From Bacteroidota bacterium (GTDB taxonomy: Bacteria > Bacteroidota > Bacteroidia > Sphingobacteriales > Sphingobacteriaceae): a stretch of 64,000 nucleotides of DNA. Made by a program: the position numbers and the translations under genes. Positions 38,784 through 48,167 of the stretch are shown here, piece after piece. The notes under the pieces are model-generated. The model was given only the letters and a program-made list of their open reading frames with translations. It had not been told where the DNA came from and did no database searches. Each line of letters starts with the position of its first letter. Position 1 is the first letter of the stretch. The stretch lies in assembly GCA_013286235.1 (NCBI GenBank), contig JABDGE010000010.1:673-64672 (forward strand), given 5' to 3'.

Positions 38784-40413
38784 CTTCTTTTGGAATTACC
38801 ACCGGTGTTGTTTGTTCCCAATTAGGGCGTAAGGCGATGATGTCCGGATCAAGCCAAATATTTTCCGGCTGGCGCCTCAATTTCACATTGCCGCTGTCCC
38901 ATTTACCGTTTTTATTATCGTCGTATATCACACTTACCGCGTATTTCCCGGTGATATAATCTTTGTAATTAAGGGTAGCGTTTTTATGGATCACATCGGT
39001 CCGGAGCACCTGCTTTTTATCGTTTTGCAGCTCCACTATATATTGTTTTGCTGTGTCGGGAACGGTTACATTCAGGGTTAATAAGCTATAGTTTTCCGGT
39101 TTGTCTAATAGGAATATTTTGTGGGTACCTTTATTTTTGTCGCCATAAATATCTGTAAAGGCATCGGCGCTGATGGTAAATGTGTAGGTATGGTTTTGTT
39201 TCCAGCGGTACTGCACGAAAAATTTCTCGGCATCGGTACTGTCCTGTACCACGTTGAAATTGTTTACGTCGGTTGAATCTTCCTTCAAAGAAAGGAGTGA
39301 TACATCAAAACTTTGTACAGGCAGGTTGGCGGTTACCGTAAATGACCTGCCGGGTTTTAATTTGCCGTCCTGGGAAATATCGTATCTGAAACTCATTGTT
39401 CTTGTAAATGCTTCTTTTCTTCCCTTATGTTTGGAAATGGTGTCGAGGGGTTTACCATTATTAGAGATGGACATACTGAGGGAGTCGAAGTCCATGTTTT
39501 TCATAAATACCCTGGCTGTGTCTTTGGTTGGGCTGAAATAGACGATTTTATATTTGTCGAAGTCCGGCGGGTAGTTTATGACAATGGAGGGATTATCCAG
39601 TGGTTTATTAAATGAAAAATAGATGGATCCATCCAAATCAAAAAATTTTTTTTCAACCACCCGGAATTTGTCGGGCGTAGCAAGGAAAAGCTTTAAGCGC
39701 ACGTTCGAGGTATCCCGTGTTAAATGGACATTTTTTGTGGTGAAAGCGATCAGGTCCCTGTCATTGTTGTATATTCTGGTTGGGTTGCCTGAAGTTTCCT
39801 TTAGGGCGTAAATGCGGTAATCGTCGGGGTGAAGATTATTAAGCGTGAAGTCACCAGCCGTATCGGTACTGGTAAAGATCGACGATCTTTTTTTCCCAAA
39901 CAGTAATGAGTCTTGTTTTAGCGTGAACAACATTACAGTCGCATCCTTTTCCCGTTCGCCAGTTTGGGTGTTAATTACCCTTCCGGAAATGCTTAAAGAG
40001 TCGATGTGCTCCCCGGTAGAAAATACGTAAGTAAAATTTTTGAGAATATTACCTTCTGTGACATCCGCTATTGCCTTTCCGAAATTAATCACATACGTGG
40101 TGTTTTTTTCAAGGGTATCCTTCAGTGTGATCACCAAAGTTTTTTGACTACGTAGGTATTGAGGCGGCTTAGTCGGTGTCGGCGTCATCGTGATCTCGGT
40201 GTACTGATTGGTCAGCTTGAAATATTCGTCAAAGGTGAGCCTGATGACTTTTGTATTAAAGTGGCGCGTCATGTCGGGCGGGCTTGCTTTTAATAATTTT
40301 GGCGGATCATGATCCCGCGGGCCACCGCCGGGAGGTTGCCGGTTGGCACAACCAAAAAGCAATGAAAAAAGAGGCAAGAAAATGAGCCAAAAAGTGTATT
40401 TTTTGTTTAACAT
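38770..40413 (-). CDS. Big_5 Ig-like domain lipoprotein
   Basis: Lipobox LFGC, CANRQPPGGGPRD..PP, FDEY, NTTYVINFGKAI.D.TEGN, DDNKNGKWDSG. Confidence 0.85.
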   Translation of the reverse strand: MLNKKYTFWLIFLPLFSLLFGCANRQPPGGGPRDHDPPKLLKASPPDMTRHFNTKVIRLTFDEYFKLTNQYTEITMTPTPTKPPQYLRSQKTLVITLKDTLEKNTTYVINFGKAIADVTEGNILKNFTYVFSTGEHIDSLSISGRVINTQTGEREKDATVMLFTLKQDSLLFGKKRSSIFTSTDTAGDFTLNNLHPDDYRIYALKETSGNPTRIYNNDRDLIAFTTKNVHLTRDTSNVRLKLFLATPDKFRVVEKKFFDLDGSIYFSFNKPLDNPSIVINYPPDFDKYKIVYFSPTKDTARVFMKNMDFDSLSMSISNNGKPLDTISKHKGRKEAFTRTMSFRYDISQDGKLKPGRSFTVTANLPVQSFDVSLLSLKEDSTDVNNFNVVQDSTDAEKFFVQYRWKQNHTYTFTISADAFTDIYGDKNKGTHKIFLLDKPENYSLLTLNVTVPDTAKQYIVELQNDKKQVLRTDVIHKNATLNYKDYITGKYAVSVIYDDNKNGKWDSGNVKLRRQPENIWLDPDIIALRPNWEQTTPVVIPKEANIQ

Positions 40414-40530
40414 TATTTTTAGGCGATATAGGCTATTTTTATGTTTTTACGAAGATTGATATTAAAAATTAAAAATAATTGATTTAATGCAAAATTATTA
40501 TAAATACTTAAATATCAATTATTTATATAA

Positions 40531-42393
40531 CTATCTTGACATGTGAACCATTAAAACTGAGATATCAGACGGGGTGACACCCGAAATCCGGGAGGCCTGC
40601 CCCAATGTCCTCGGTTTAACCTTCATCAATTTTTCCCGTGCTTCTTTTGAGAGTGAAACCAGTGCCTGGTAATTAAATTCGGTGTTGATCTCTTTGTCTT
40701 CCATTTTCCGCATCCGTTCAACGATGTCCAATTCCTTTTCAAAATAACTCTCATATTTGATTTTTATTTCAGCCTGCTCGATAGTTTCTTTGTCAAAGGC
40801 GGATATCAAAGCGTCGAGGCCCGGGTCAGCCCGGCGCAGATCGTTCAGACCTACCTGCGGGCGGCTAATTAGGTTGAATAGCTTTGTATTTTGACTCAAG
40901 GCCGCAGTGCCCAATTCTTCCAGCAGACTGTTAACCGAGGATGGGTCGATGGATTTACTTTTTGAAAAGGCAACGATCCGGTCAGAGTTGATTACCTTGT
41001 CGGTTACCTTTTGCAAACGTTCATCACTGATCAGGCCCAACTCATGTCCGATGGGGCTTAGCCGGATATCGGCATTGTCTTGGCGGAGGAGCAGCCGATG
41101 TTCCGCCCGTGAGGTAAACATCCGGTATGGCTCTTCTGTTCCTTTGGTTACCAGGTCGTCGATCAGCACGCCGATATAGGATTCGGAGCGTTTCATGATC
41201 AGTTCGTGTTTACCTTTTAGCTTTTCATGCGCATTGATGCCGGCGATGAAACCCTGCGATGCGGCTTCTTCGTATCCGGTAGTACCATTAATTTGCCCTG
41301 CGAAATAGAGATTATCGATCAGCTTAGTTTCTAAAGTGAGCCCAAGCTGGGTTGGCGGGAAGTAATCATATTCGATGGCATAGCCCGGCCTGAACATCTT
41401 TGCATTTTCAAAACCGGGGATCTGCACCAGGGCTTTGTACTGGATATCTTCTGGCAAGGAAGTTGAAAAGCCGTTTACATATATTTCCACAGTATTCCAG
41501 CCTTCCGGCTCCACAAATATCTGGTGGCGCTCACGCTCGGCAAAACGGTTTATCTTGTCTTCTATGGAAGGGCAATATCTCGGGCCGAGGCCTTTGATCC
41601 TGCCGGTAAACATAGGCGATTTTTCAAAGCCTTCCTTTAAGGTCTCATGTACCTTATTGTTGGTATAGGTTATCCAGCAGCAGCGCTGTTCTTTGGCCAA
41701 TTCGACGTCTGTAAAGGAAAAGCGGCCTCGTTCTTCGTCGCCCCATTGTTCTTCCATTAAGGAATAATTTAGGCTGCGGCCATCAACACGTGGTGGCGTG
41801 CCGGTTTTCATTCTTCCCGATTCGAAGCCAAGTTCTACCAATTGTTCGGTCAACCCCGTTGCGGCCTTTTCCGCTGTTCGTCCACCACCGAATTTTTTTT
41901 CGCCTATATGTATAATGCCATTCAGAAAGGTGCCATTGGTGAGGACGACTGCGTCGGATTCAATCTCTATCCCCAGCGATGTACGAACCCCGGCAATGGT
42001 TTGGTTTTTTACGAGGAGGGATGTAACGGTATCCTGCCAGAAATCAACATTTGGTGTACGTTCCAGCGCCAGCCGCCACTCTTCTGCAAAACGCATACGG
42101 TCGCTTTGCGCCCTGGGGCTCCACATTGCCGGACCCTTTGACCGGTTGAGCATGCGGAATTGCAGGGAGGTCTTGTCTGTGATGATGCCGGAATAGCCAC
42201 CCATGGCGTCGATTTCGCGGACGATCTGCCCTTTGGCGACGCCGCCCATAGCCGGGTTGCAACTCATTTGGGCAATTACAGCCATATTCATGGTGATTAG
42301 TAACACCGATGAGCCCAAATTAGCAGCAGCAGCCGCGGCTTCACACCCTGCGTGACCGGCACCTACAACTATTATATCGTATTTTTTAAACAT
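40531..42393 (-). CDS. mnmG: tRNA uridine-5-carboxymethylaminomethyl modification enzyme MnmG (GidA)
   Basis: [38 protein letters not shown] and [13 protein letters not shown]; ATG at 42393. Confidence 0.98.
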   Translation of the reverse strand: MFKKYDIIVVGAGHAGCEAAAAAANLGSSVLLITMNMAVIAQMSCNPAMGGVAKGQIVREIDAMGGYSGIITDKTSLQFRMLNRSKGPAMWSPRAQSDRMRFAEEWRLALERTPNVDFWQDTVTSLLVKNQTIAGVRTSLGIEIESDAVVLTNGTFLNGIIHIGEKKFGGGRTAEKAATGLTEQLVELGFESGRMKTGTPPRVDGRSLNYSLMEEQWGDEERGRFSFTDVELAKEQRCCWITYTNNKVHETLKEGFEKSPMFTGRIKGLGPRYCPSIEDKINRFAERERHQIFVEPEGWNTVEIYVNGFSTSLPEDIQYKALVQIPGFENAKMFRPGYAIEYDYFPPTQLGLTLETKLIDNLYFAGQINGTTGYEEAASQGFIAGINAHEKLKGKHELIMKRSESYIGVLIDDLVTKGTEEPYRMFTSRAEHRLLLRQDNADIRLSPIGHELGLISDERLQKVTDKVINSDRIVAFSKSKSIDPSSVNSLLEELGTAALSQNTKLFNLISRPQVGLNDLRRADPGLDALISAFDKETIEQAEIKIKYESYFEKELDIVERMRKMEDKEINTEFNYQALVSLSKEAREKLMKVKPRTLGQASRISGVTPSDISVLMVHMSR

Positions 42394-42421
42394 TCTATTT
42401 CTTTTTAAGGCCGTAGGCCGA

Positions 42422-42437
42422 TGTTCCACGTGGAACG
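42422..42437. promoter_or_regulatory. parS site 1
   Basis: TGTTCCACGTGGAACG, 15/16 to the TGTTNCACGTGNAACA consensus. Confidence 0.9.
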
Positions 42438-42445
42438 TGATTTTG

Positions 42446-42480
42446 GACAGAGCGCCCCCGATCTATCGGGGCGCTCTGTC
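42446..42480. repeat. CCGAT-N-ATCGG palindrome with GACAGAGCGC arms, copy 4
   Basis: GACAGAGCGCCCCCGAT-CT-ATCGGGGCGCTCTGTC. Confidence 0.8.
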
Positions 42481-42507
42481 GAGGAAGAATTATCCGTCAC
42501 CTACCGA

Positions 42508-42523
42508 TGTTCCACGTGGAACC
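42508..42523. promoter_or_regulatory. parS site 2
   Basis: TGTTCCACGTGGAACC. Confidence 0.9.
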
Positions 42524-42551
42524 TGTTCTTAAATCATCCAGAGACGCAAAA

Positions 42552-42806
42552 TTATTCATTACCTACCGATGTTCCACGTGGAACATTAAATAATGATAGT
42601 AAAGCGACAAGCGCCCAAACAGCTTCTAAAGCAACAAAAGGATAGAATTTTATCATCCAGGATGAAAAACAACAAATACCGGCTCCGATGAAGTTCATTA
42701 GCTTATAACGCGTGTTTTGTGCCGGTAGTTTTTTATACAAATTTAAAAGAAAGGCAATCAATAAAATGATCACGCCAATCGAAGCCAATATGTCCGGTGT
42801 TTTCAT
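42552..42806 (-). CDS. CBU_0592-like small three-TM membrane protein
   Basis: IGVIILLIAFLL, YKLMNFIGAG and YPFVALEAVW. Confidence 0.8.
   Translation of the reverse strand: MKTPDILASIGVIILLIAFLLNLYKKLPAQNTRYKLMNFIGAGICCFSSWMIKFYPFVALEAVWALVALLSLFNVPRGTSVGNE
42570..42585. promoter_or_regulatory. parS site 3 (perfect, intragenic)
   Basis: TGTTCCACGTGGAACA, encoding NVPRGT in the overlapping gene. Confidence 0.93.
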
Positions 42807-44672
42807 TTATTGTTCCTTCAATTCGCTTAACTCTAACCAACGAATGCTCTTTTCGTTCACGAGGCTGTTTAATTTTTCAATTTCTTTTAAAACTTCCGCC
42901 AGGCGGTCGGGGGCTATGCCTGTTACATTCAGTTCCTGATTTTTTTGTTTGAGCAAATCCTCTATCCCGGAAATTTCGAATTCAAGAGTTTCGAGTTCTT
43001 TGTTTTCCTTAAAGCTAAGCTTGTTTTTCTTTTGTGCCTGTGCCGCGGGCTGATCAACGATTATGCCCTTTTTTGCCTGTTGCTTGTTTTCTTCCTGTTC
43101 AAGCCGATAGGCGGAGTAGTTCCCGTTGTAAATTTTGACATGCCCGCCTTCTTCCATAATAAAAAGCTGGTCGGTTAGTTTGTCCAACAAATACCTGTCG
43201 TGCGATACCAGCATTAATATCCCCGGATAATTGGTCAAAAACTCTTCCAAAACATTCAGCGTATCCATGTCCAGGTCGTTCGTGGGTTCGTCGAGAATAA
43301 GGAAGTTTGGGTTTTTCATCAAAACCTGCATTAACAACAACCGTTTTTTCTCGCCCCCGCTCAATTTTGCGATCATTCCATGCTGTTTTGCCGGGGGGAA
43401 AAGGAACAACGTAAGCAGGGCAGAGGCAGAGATGGTTTTTCCATCGGCCATGGTGATGAACTCAGCTACATTTTTTACAACATCAATCACACGTTCATCA
43501 TCTTTAAATACAATCCCTGATTGGTGAAAATAGCCCATCACGGTGGTTTCACCCTTGTCAAGTTTTCCTTTATCAGGGTTCAGCGATCCGGTGACCAGGT
43601 TTAGCAGGGTAGATTTGCCGCTCCCGTTTTTGCCGGCTATGCCGATCCGGTCGCCTTTCTTAAAGATATAGCTAAAGTTGGAGATAACCGGTTTACCCGA
43701 AAACGACTTGGTGACATGCTCTATCTCCATGATCTTGCTCCCCTGCCTGGCGGTTTTAACGGAAAGCTCTACTTTTTGCGATCCGCCATTATTTTTTGTT
43801 TTTTCCTCCAGGTCGTAAAAGGCATCAATCCTTGCTTTTGACTTGGTTCCCCGTGCCTGCGGCTGCCGGCGCATCCAGTCCAGTTCCTTGCGTAATAAAT
43901 TGCTGTTTTTTTGGAAGGCAGCCGCGTCTGCGCTCTCTCGCTCTGCTTTCTTTTCGAGGTAATAGATAAAATTACCGGCGTAAGGGAAGATTTTGCCGTT
44001 GTTGATCTCCAATATTTCGTTGCACACATTATCCAGGAAATACCTGTCGTGTGTAACCATCAGGATTGTTTTGGCCCCGTCCGTTAATAATTTCTCCAAC
44101 CATTCGATCGTATCGATGTCCAGGTGATTGGTTGGTTCATCCAGGATATACAAGTCGGGGTCTTCAATCAGGAGTTTGGCCAGTGCAAGCCGCTTCTTCT
44201 GCCCGCCGCTTAATGACGCGATGGGTTGGTCGAGATGATGGATATCTAGCCGGCCAAGTATGGTCTTTATTTTATATTCGTATTCCCAGGCCTCGATGGC
44301 GCTCATTTCTTCCATTATGGCTTCAATGGCTTTAGCATTGTCCGGATCGTTCTCCAACAGCAGCTCATATTGCCTGATCAGTTGTTGTTGTTTGTCATCC
44401 GCATGAAATATATAATCGCTGATGGTTACCGCCCCTCTGAACCCCGGGTCCTGTTCCAGGTACCCGGTCCGGAGTCCGCGCATCTGGGCGACTTTTCCTT
44501 CGGTTGGCAAAAGCTGGCCCGACAGCAGCTTTAAGAGCGTGGATTTGCCGGCGCCATTGATACCTACAAGCGCAACCCTGCGTCCACGGTTTATGCCGAT
44601 GGACACATTTTTAAAAAGCCAATGGTCATGAAAAGAATGGCCAAGATTTTCGGCCGATATATAAGTGCTCAC
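42807..44672 (-). CDS. ABC-F family ATPase (Uup-like)
   Basis: Two ABC cassettes (GINGAGKST/LSGGQ, GKNGSGKST/LSGGE), PQARGTKSKARI linker, C-terminal coiled coil; GTG start overlaps the upstream TGA. Confidence 0.93.
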   Translation of the reverse strand: MSTYISAENLGHSFHDHWLFKNVSIGINRGRRVALVGINGAGKSTLLKLLSGQLLPTEGKVAQMRGLRTGYLEQDPGFRGAVTISDYIFHADDKQQQLIRQYELLLENDPDNAKAIEAIMEEMSAIEAWEYEYKIKTILGRLDIHHLDQPIASLSGGQKKRLALAKLLIEDPDLYILDEPTNHLDIDTIEWLEKLLTDGAKTILMVTHDRYFLDNVCNEILEINNGKIFPYAGNFIYYLEKKAERESADAAAFQKNSNLLRKELDWMRRQPQARGTKSKARIDAFYDLEEKTKNNGGSQKVELSVKTARQGSKIMEIEHVTKSFSGKPVISNFSYIFKKGDRIGIAGKNGSGKSTLLNLVTGSLNPDKGKLDKGETTVMGYFHQSGIVFKDDERVIDVVKNVAEFITMADGKTISASALLTLFLFPPAKQHGMIAKLSGGEKKRLLLMQVLMKNPNFLILDEPTNDLDMDTLNVLEEFLTNYPGILMLVSHDRYLLDKLTDQLFIMEEGGHVKIYNGNYSAYRLEQEENKQQAKKGIIVDQPAAQAQKKNKLSFKENKELETLEFEISGIEDLLKQKNQELNVTGIAPDRLAEVLKEIEKLNSLVNEKSIRWLELSELKEQ

Positions 44673-45322
44673 GCGATTTCCTTTATTTCATCGGAGAGGT
44701 GAATAAATACACCCTCGCGACGTGTTAATGATTGTTTGTACATGGCCACGGCCACGGTTGCAGCAGGAATGCTGCGATATTTTCTGAGGCCGCCCCACAA
44801 AAACAGGTTAATAAAGCCCATCAGGCGAATAAGAGTGCGCTCAGTAACCCGTTTTTCTTTCCGGTCGCCGATTAGCACAGAAGGCTGATAAATGTGGATG
44901 CATTTTACCCCGGTCTTCTTAATATCTTCTTCTGTTTCGCCTTTCATTTTGGTGTAAAAATTGCCTGAAGCTGTATTCGCTCCGAGGGCAGATACAAGGT
45001 GAAATTGCTCCACGCCATTCTTTGCAGCCATTTGTGCTAATTGCAGGGAATAATCATGATCTATTTTTCTGTAGGCATTCAAATCAGGTGTTTTACTGCG
45101 TGTGGAACCAAGGCAACAGAATATAGCATGGCCGTTGATCTCCTTTTCGTAATCTTCCAGGCGATCGAAATCTACCACAAGTAGTTTTACTTTATTGCCG
45201 ATTATTGGTAACTCTTTCCTAACTAATACTACAACTTCCTTATATACAGGGCTTTGTGTTAAAGTATCAACCAATAACCCGCCGATAAGCCCGCTTGCTC
45301 CAGCTACAATTGCTTTGGCCAT
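44669..45322 (-). CDS. NAD(P)-binding oxidoreductase (YraR/TIP30-like)
   Basis: GASGLIG, FCCLGST, IDHDY and FYTKMKGETE; TATTTTTG promoter box at 45339-45346. Confidence 0.88.
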   Translation of the reverse strand: MAKAIVAGASGLIGGLLVDTLTQSPVYKEVVVLVRKELPIIGNKVKLLVVDFDRLEDYEKEINGHAIFCCLGSTRSKTPDLNAYRKIDHDYSLQLAQMAAKNGVEQFHLVSALGANTASGNFYTKMKGETEEDIKKTGVKCIHIYQPSVLIGDRKEKRVTERTLIRLMGFINLFLWGGLRKYRSIPAATVAVAMYKQSLTRREGVFIHLSDEIKEIA

Positions 45323-45375
45323 TTTCTGCTAATTTTTGCAAAAATACGGATAATAAAGGAGGATAGATATTAGAA

Positions 45376-45580
45376 GAAGTCCGGAAATCGGGAAGTCGGG
45401 AAGTCGGGAAGATCGGCTGTCCGGAAGTCAGAAAGACGGGAAGTCCGGAAGATCGGCTGTCCGGAAGTCAGAAAGACGGGAAGTCCGGAAGATCGGCTGT
45501 CCGGAAGTCAGAAAGACGGGAAGTCTGGAAGAACGGTATTCCGATACCTATCGGGGCCGAAAGACCCGGGAGTCCGGAAC
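45376..45580. repeat. Purine-rich tandem repeat: three 40-bp units built from GGAAGTC(C/G)-like octamers
   Basis: GGAAGATCGGCTGTCCGGAAGTCAGAAAGACGGGAAGTCC at 45407, 45447 and 45487 (last base T), flanked by loose octamers; includes CCGATACCTATCGG (45541-45554). Confidence 0.9.
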
Positions 45581-45772
45581 TTTAGGAGTGCGTCTGAATA
45601 GGTGACCCTCAAATAACCTACTGATACACAAACAAAACAACCCTATACATGTTTAATGTACCAGTTCAATTATAAACGCCGAGGCATAGAACGGTTGTAT
45701 CCAGCAACTTCTCCCCTACTATAGGCCTCTTAACTATATATATAATACTGGCTAAATATTAAATTAAGATAA

Positions 45773-46549
45773 ATGGCAGAAGAAATTGTTGTTCCCGGGT
45801 ATAAGCGCTGGCTTGGCAGCATAGGCGATCAGGTTGGTTTTTTGGTTGATTTTTTCAGGAATCTTTTTGCCGGGGGCTTTGAGTGGTCGGAGTTTGTGCG
45901 GCAATGTTACGAAATTGGCTACCGCTCCATGTTATTGGTGGGGATAACGTCGTTTATTATGGGCGTGGTGCTTATTCTGCAACTGCGGCCTACGATGATA
46001 TCATTCGGTGCTGCAAGCATGCTTCCGAAAACGCTGTCGGTATCATTTGTGCGGGAGATAGGCCCGGTTATTATCGGTATCATTTGTGCAGGCAAAATAG
46101 CGTCGAGCATTGGCGCGGAACTGGGGAGCATGAAGGTTACGGAGCAATTGGATGCGATGGACGTATCCGGCGCCAATCCAATCCAGTACCTGGTTGTTCC
46201 GCGCATCCTGGCGACGAGTATAATGGTTCCGGTATTGTCGGTTTTGGGCGATGCGATCGGCCTGTTTGGTGGCTTTCTTGCCCTGAACCTGCGTGATACC
46301 ATCAGTTTCAAATTATACTTTACTAAGGTGATAGCCTCGCTGGATTTCAGTGACTTTTTGCCCGCTCTTGTTAAAACGATATTTTTTGGTTTTGCCATCG
46401 GTTTTGTTGGTTGTTACAAGGGATTTACTTCAAACAGGGGCACGGAAAGTGTTGGGATAGCGGCGAACACTGCGGTGGTGACCGCTTCGCTGTGGATTTT
46501 TGTGATTGATGCGATTGCGGTGCAGATAACGAGCCTTTTATTTTATTAG
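45773..46549 (+). CDS. mlaE: MlaE family ABC permease
   Basis: REIGPV, GAELGSMKVTEQLDAM, YLVVPR and GTESVG.A.NTAVV. Confidence 0.93.
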   Translation: MAEEIVVPGYKRWLGSIGDQVGFLVDFFRNLFAGGFEWSEFVRQCYEIGYRSMLLVGITSFIMGVVLILQLRPTMISFGAASMLPKTLSVSFVREIGPVIIGIICAGKIASSIGAELGSMKVTEQLDAMDVSGANPIQYLVVPRILATSIMVPVLSVLGDAIGLFGGFLALNLRDTISFKLYFTKVIASLDFSDFLPALVKTIFFGFAIGFVGCYKGFTSNRGTESVGIAANTAVVTASLWIFVIDAIAVQITSLLFY

Positions 46550-46559
46550 ACCGCCGGTG

Positions 46560-47342
46560 ATGACAGAACAGGAAACGATAAAGAAAAAGCAGGCGCCTAA
46601 AAGCCAAAAAGAGGTAGTTATTTTGATAAGAGACCTTAAAAAGGCATTTGGAGATAAAGAAGTGCTTAAAGACATCAGCCTTGAGCTGGATAAAGGAGAG
46701 AACCTGGTTGTTTTGGGGAGATCGGGCAGCGGAAAATCGGTATTGATACAATGCATCGTCGGGCTCCTGAAGCCCGATGGCGGCTCGGTGAAGGTATTTG
46801 GTGAAGATGTGGCCGGGATGTCGGATAAGCAACTAAAGGATCTTCGTATCCGGATCGGGTTTTTGTTCCAGAGCGGGGCATTGTACGATTCGATGACCGT
46901 GCGGGAAAACATGGAGTTTCCGCTTACAAGGGTGCTAAAGCTGAAGGATCAGGGCGAGATTGACAAGCGGGTTGCAGCGGTATTGGAGTCCGTTGGACTT
47001 TCGGATGCAATCGACAAAATGCCATCTGATTTATCCGGCGGGATGCGGAAGCGGGCCGGGCTCGCCCGCACACTGGTGGTCGATCCGGAGATCATGCTTT
47101 ATGATGAACCCACTACCGGCCTTGACCCCATCACTTCCAGGGAAATAAGCGAACTGATCATTAGTATTCAAAAGAAAAATAAAACATCGTCAATCATCAT
47201 CACCCATGATATGGAATGTGCGCGAATCGCGTCGGACCGGGTGTTAATTCTGACTGACGGAGAATTTACAAAGGAGGGGACGTTTGACGAACTCCTGAAA
47301 TCAAAAGACAAAAATGTGGCATCCTATTTCAACATAATATGA
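46560..47342 (+). CDS. mlaF: MlaF family ABC ATPase
   Basis: GRSGSGKS, FQSGALYDSMTV, LSGGMRKR and DEPTTGLDP. Confidence 0.93.
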   Translation: MTEQETIKKKQAPKSQKEVVILIRDLKKAFGDKEVLKDISLELDKGENLVVLGRSGSGKSVLIQCIVGLLKPDGGSVKVFGEDVAGMSDKQLKDLRIRIGFLFQSGALYDSMTVRENMEFPLTRVLKLKDQGEIDKRVAAVLESVGLSDAIDKMPSDLSGGMRKRAGLARTLVVDPEIMLYDEPTTGLDPITSREISELIISIQKKNKTSSIIITHDMECARIASDRVLILTDGEFTKEGTFDELLKSKDKNVASYFNII

Positions 47343-48085
47343 AAATAACGCAATCTCAAAAAATTAAGATCGGCCTCTTTACCGCATTAGGTTTAGCGGT
47401 ACTGGTTTTCGCAATCTTCTTTATAGGCAACAAGAAAAACCTGTTCAGCTCAACGTTCACCGTATATGGTATGTTTAGAAACGTTAGCGGGCTGCAGGTT
47501 GGTAACAATGTACGGTTTGCCGGCATAAATGTCGGCGTCGTACAGGACATTAACATCGAGACGGACAGTACCGTCCGGGTTGATGTTACGCTGAACAGCA
47601 ACGTAAGGAAGTTTATTAAATCGGATTCAAAGCTGAGCATCGGCAGCGACGGCCTGATGGGCGACAAATTGGTTGTGATAGCCCCGGGGGGTATTACCAG
47701 CACGCAGCAGGTTAAGAATAACGGCCAGTTAGCGGCCGTGAACCCAGTAGATGTAGATAAGATAATTGCAAAAATAACCGGGGTTGCCAACAACGCCGAG
47801 TCGCTTACGGCCGGTCTGTCGCAGATTGTGGCTAAAATTAACAACGGGCAGGGAAGTATAGGCAAACTGTTGAATAACGATAGGATGGCCAACGACCTTG
47901 ATGCCACCGTTAAGCAAGCAAAAACCACGATGCAAAACGTCCACTCCACCACCACGACACTTAATACCGACCTAAAGGCGGCTCAAAGCAACTTCCTGCT
48001 GAAGGGGTTCTTTAAAAAGAAACGTAAAAAGGAAATAGAAGATTCTACTAAAAAGGCGCAGGCGGCCGGAACACCGCAACAGTAG
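47339..48085 (+). CDS. mlaD: MlaD/MCE family protein
   Basis: N-terminal TM, SGLQVGNNVRFAGINVG, SDGLMGDK and helical tail. Confidence 0.92.
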   Translation: MKITQSQKIKIGLFTALGLAVLVFAIFFIGNKKNLFSSTFTVYGMFRNVSGLQVGNNVRFAGINVGVVQDINIETDSTVRVDVTLNSNVRKFIKSDSKLSIGSDGLMGDKLVVIAPGGITSTQQVKNNGQLAAVNPVDVDKIIAKITGVANNAESLTAGLSQIVAKINNGQGSIGKLLNNDRMANDLDATVKQAKTTMQNVHSTTTTLNTDLKAAQSNFLLKGFFKKKRKKEIEDSTKKAQAAGTPQQ

Positions 48086-48167
48086 TATTTAGAGAGGTTC
48101 CTTAGCGGCTGTGCAATGCCGCCTGCGCGTGTAATGGATGTAGCTTTTTGGAGTGCTTTATGAACGC

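Noticed and set aside
45376-45580. CRISPR array
   Set aside because: The units are contiguous and identical with no unique spacers, and there are no cas genes.
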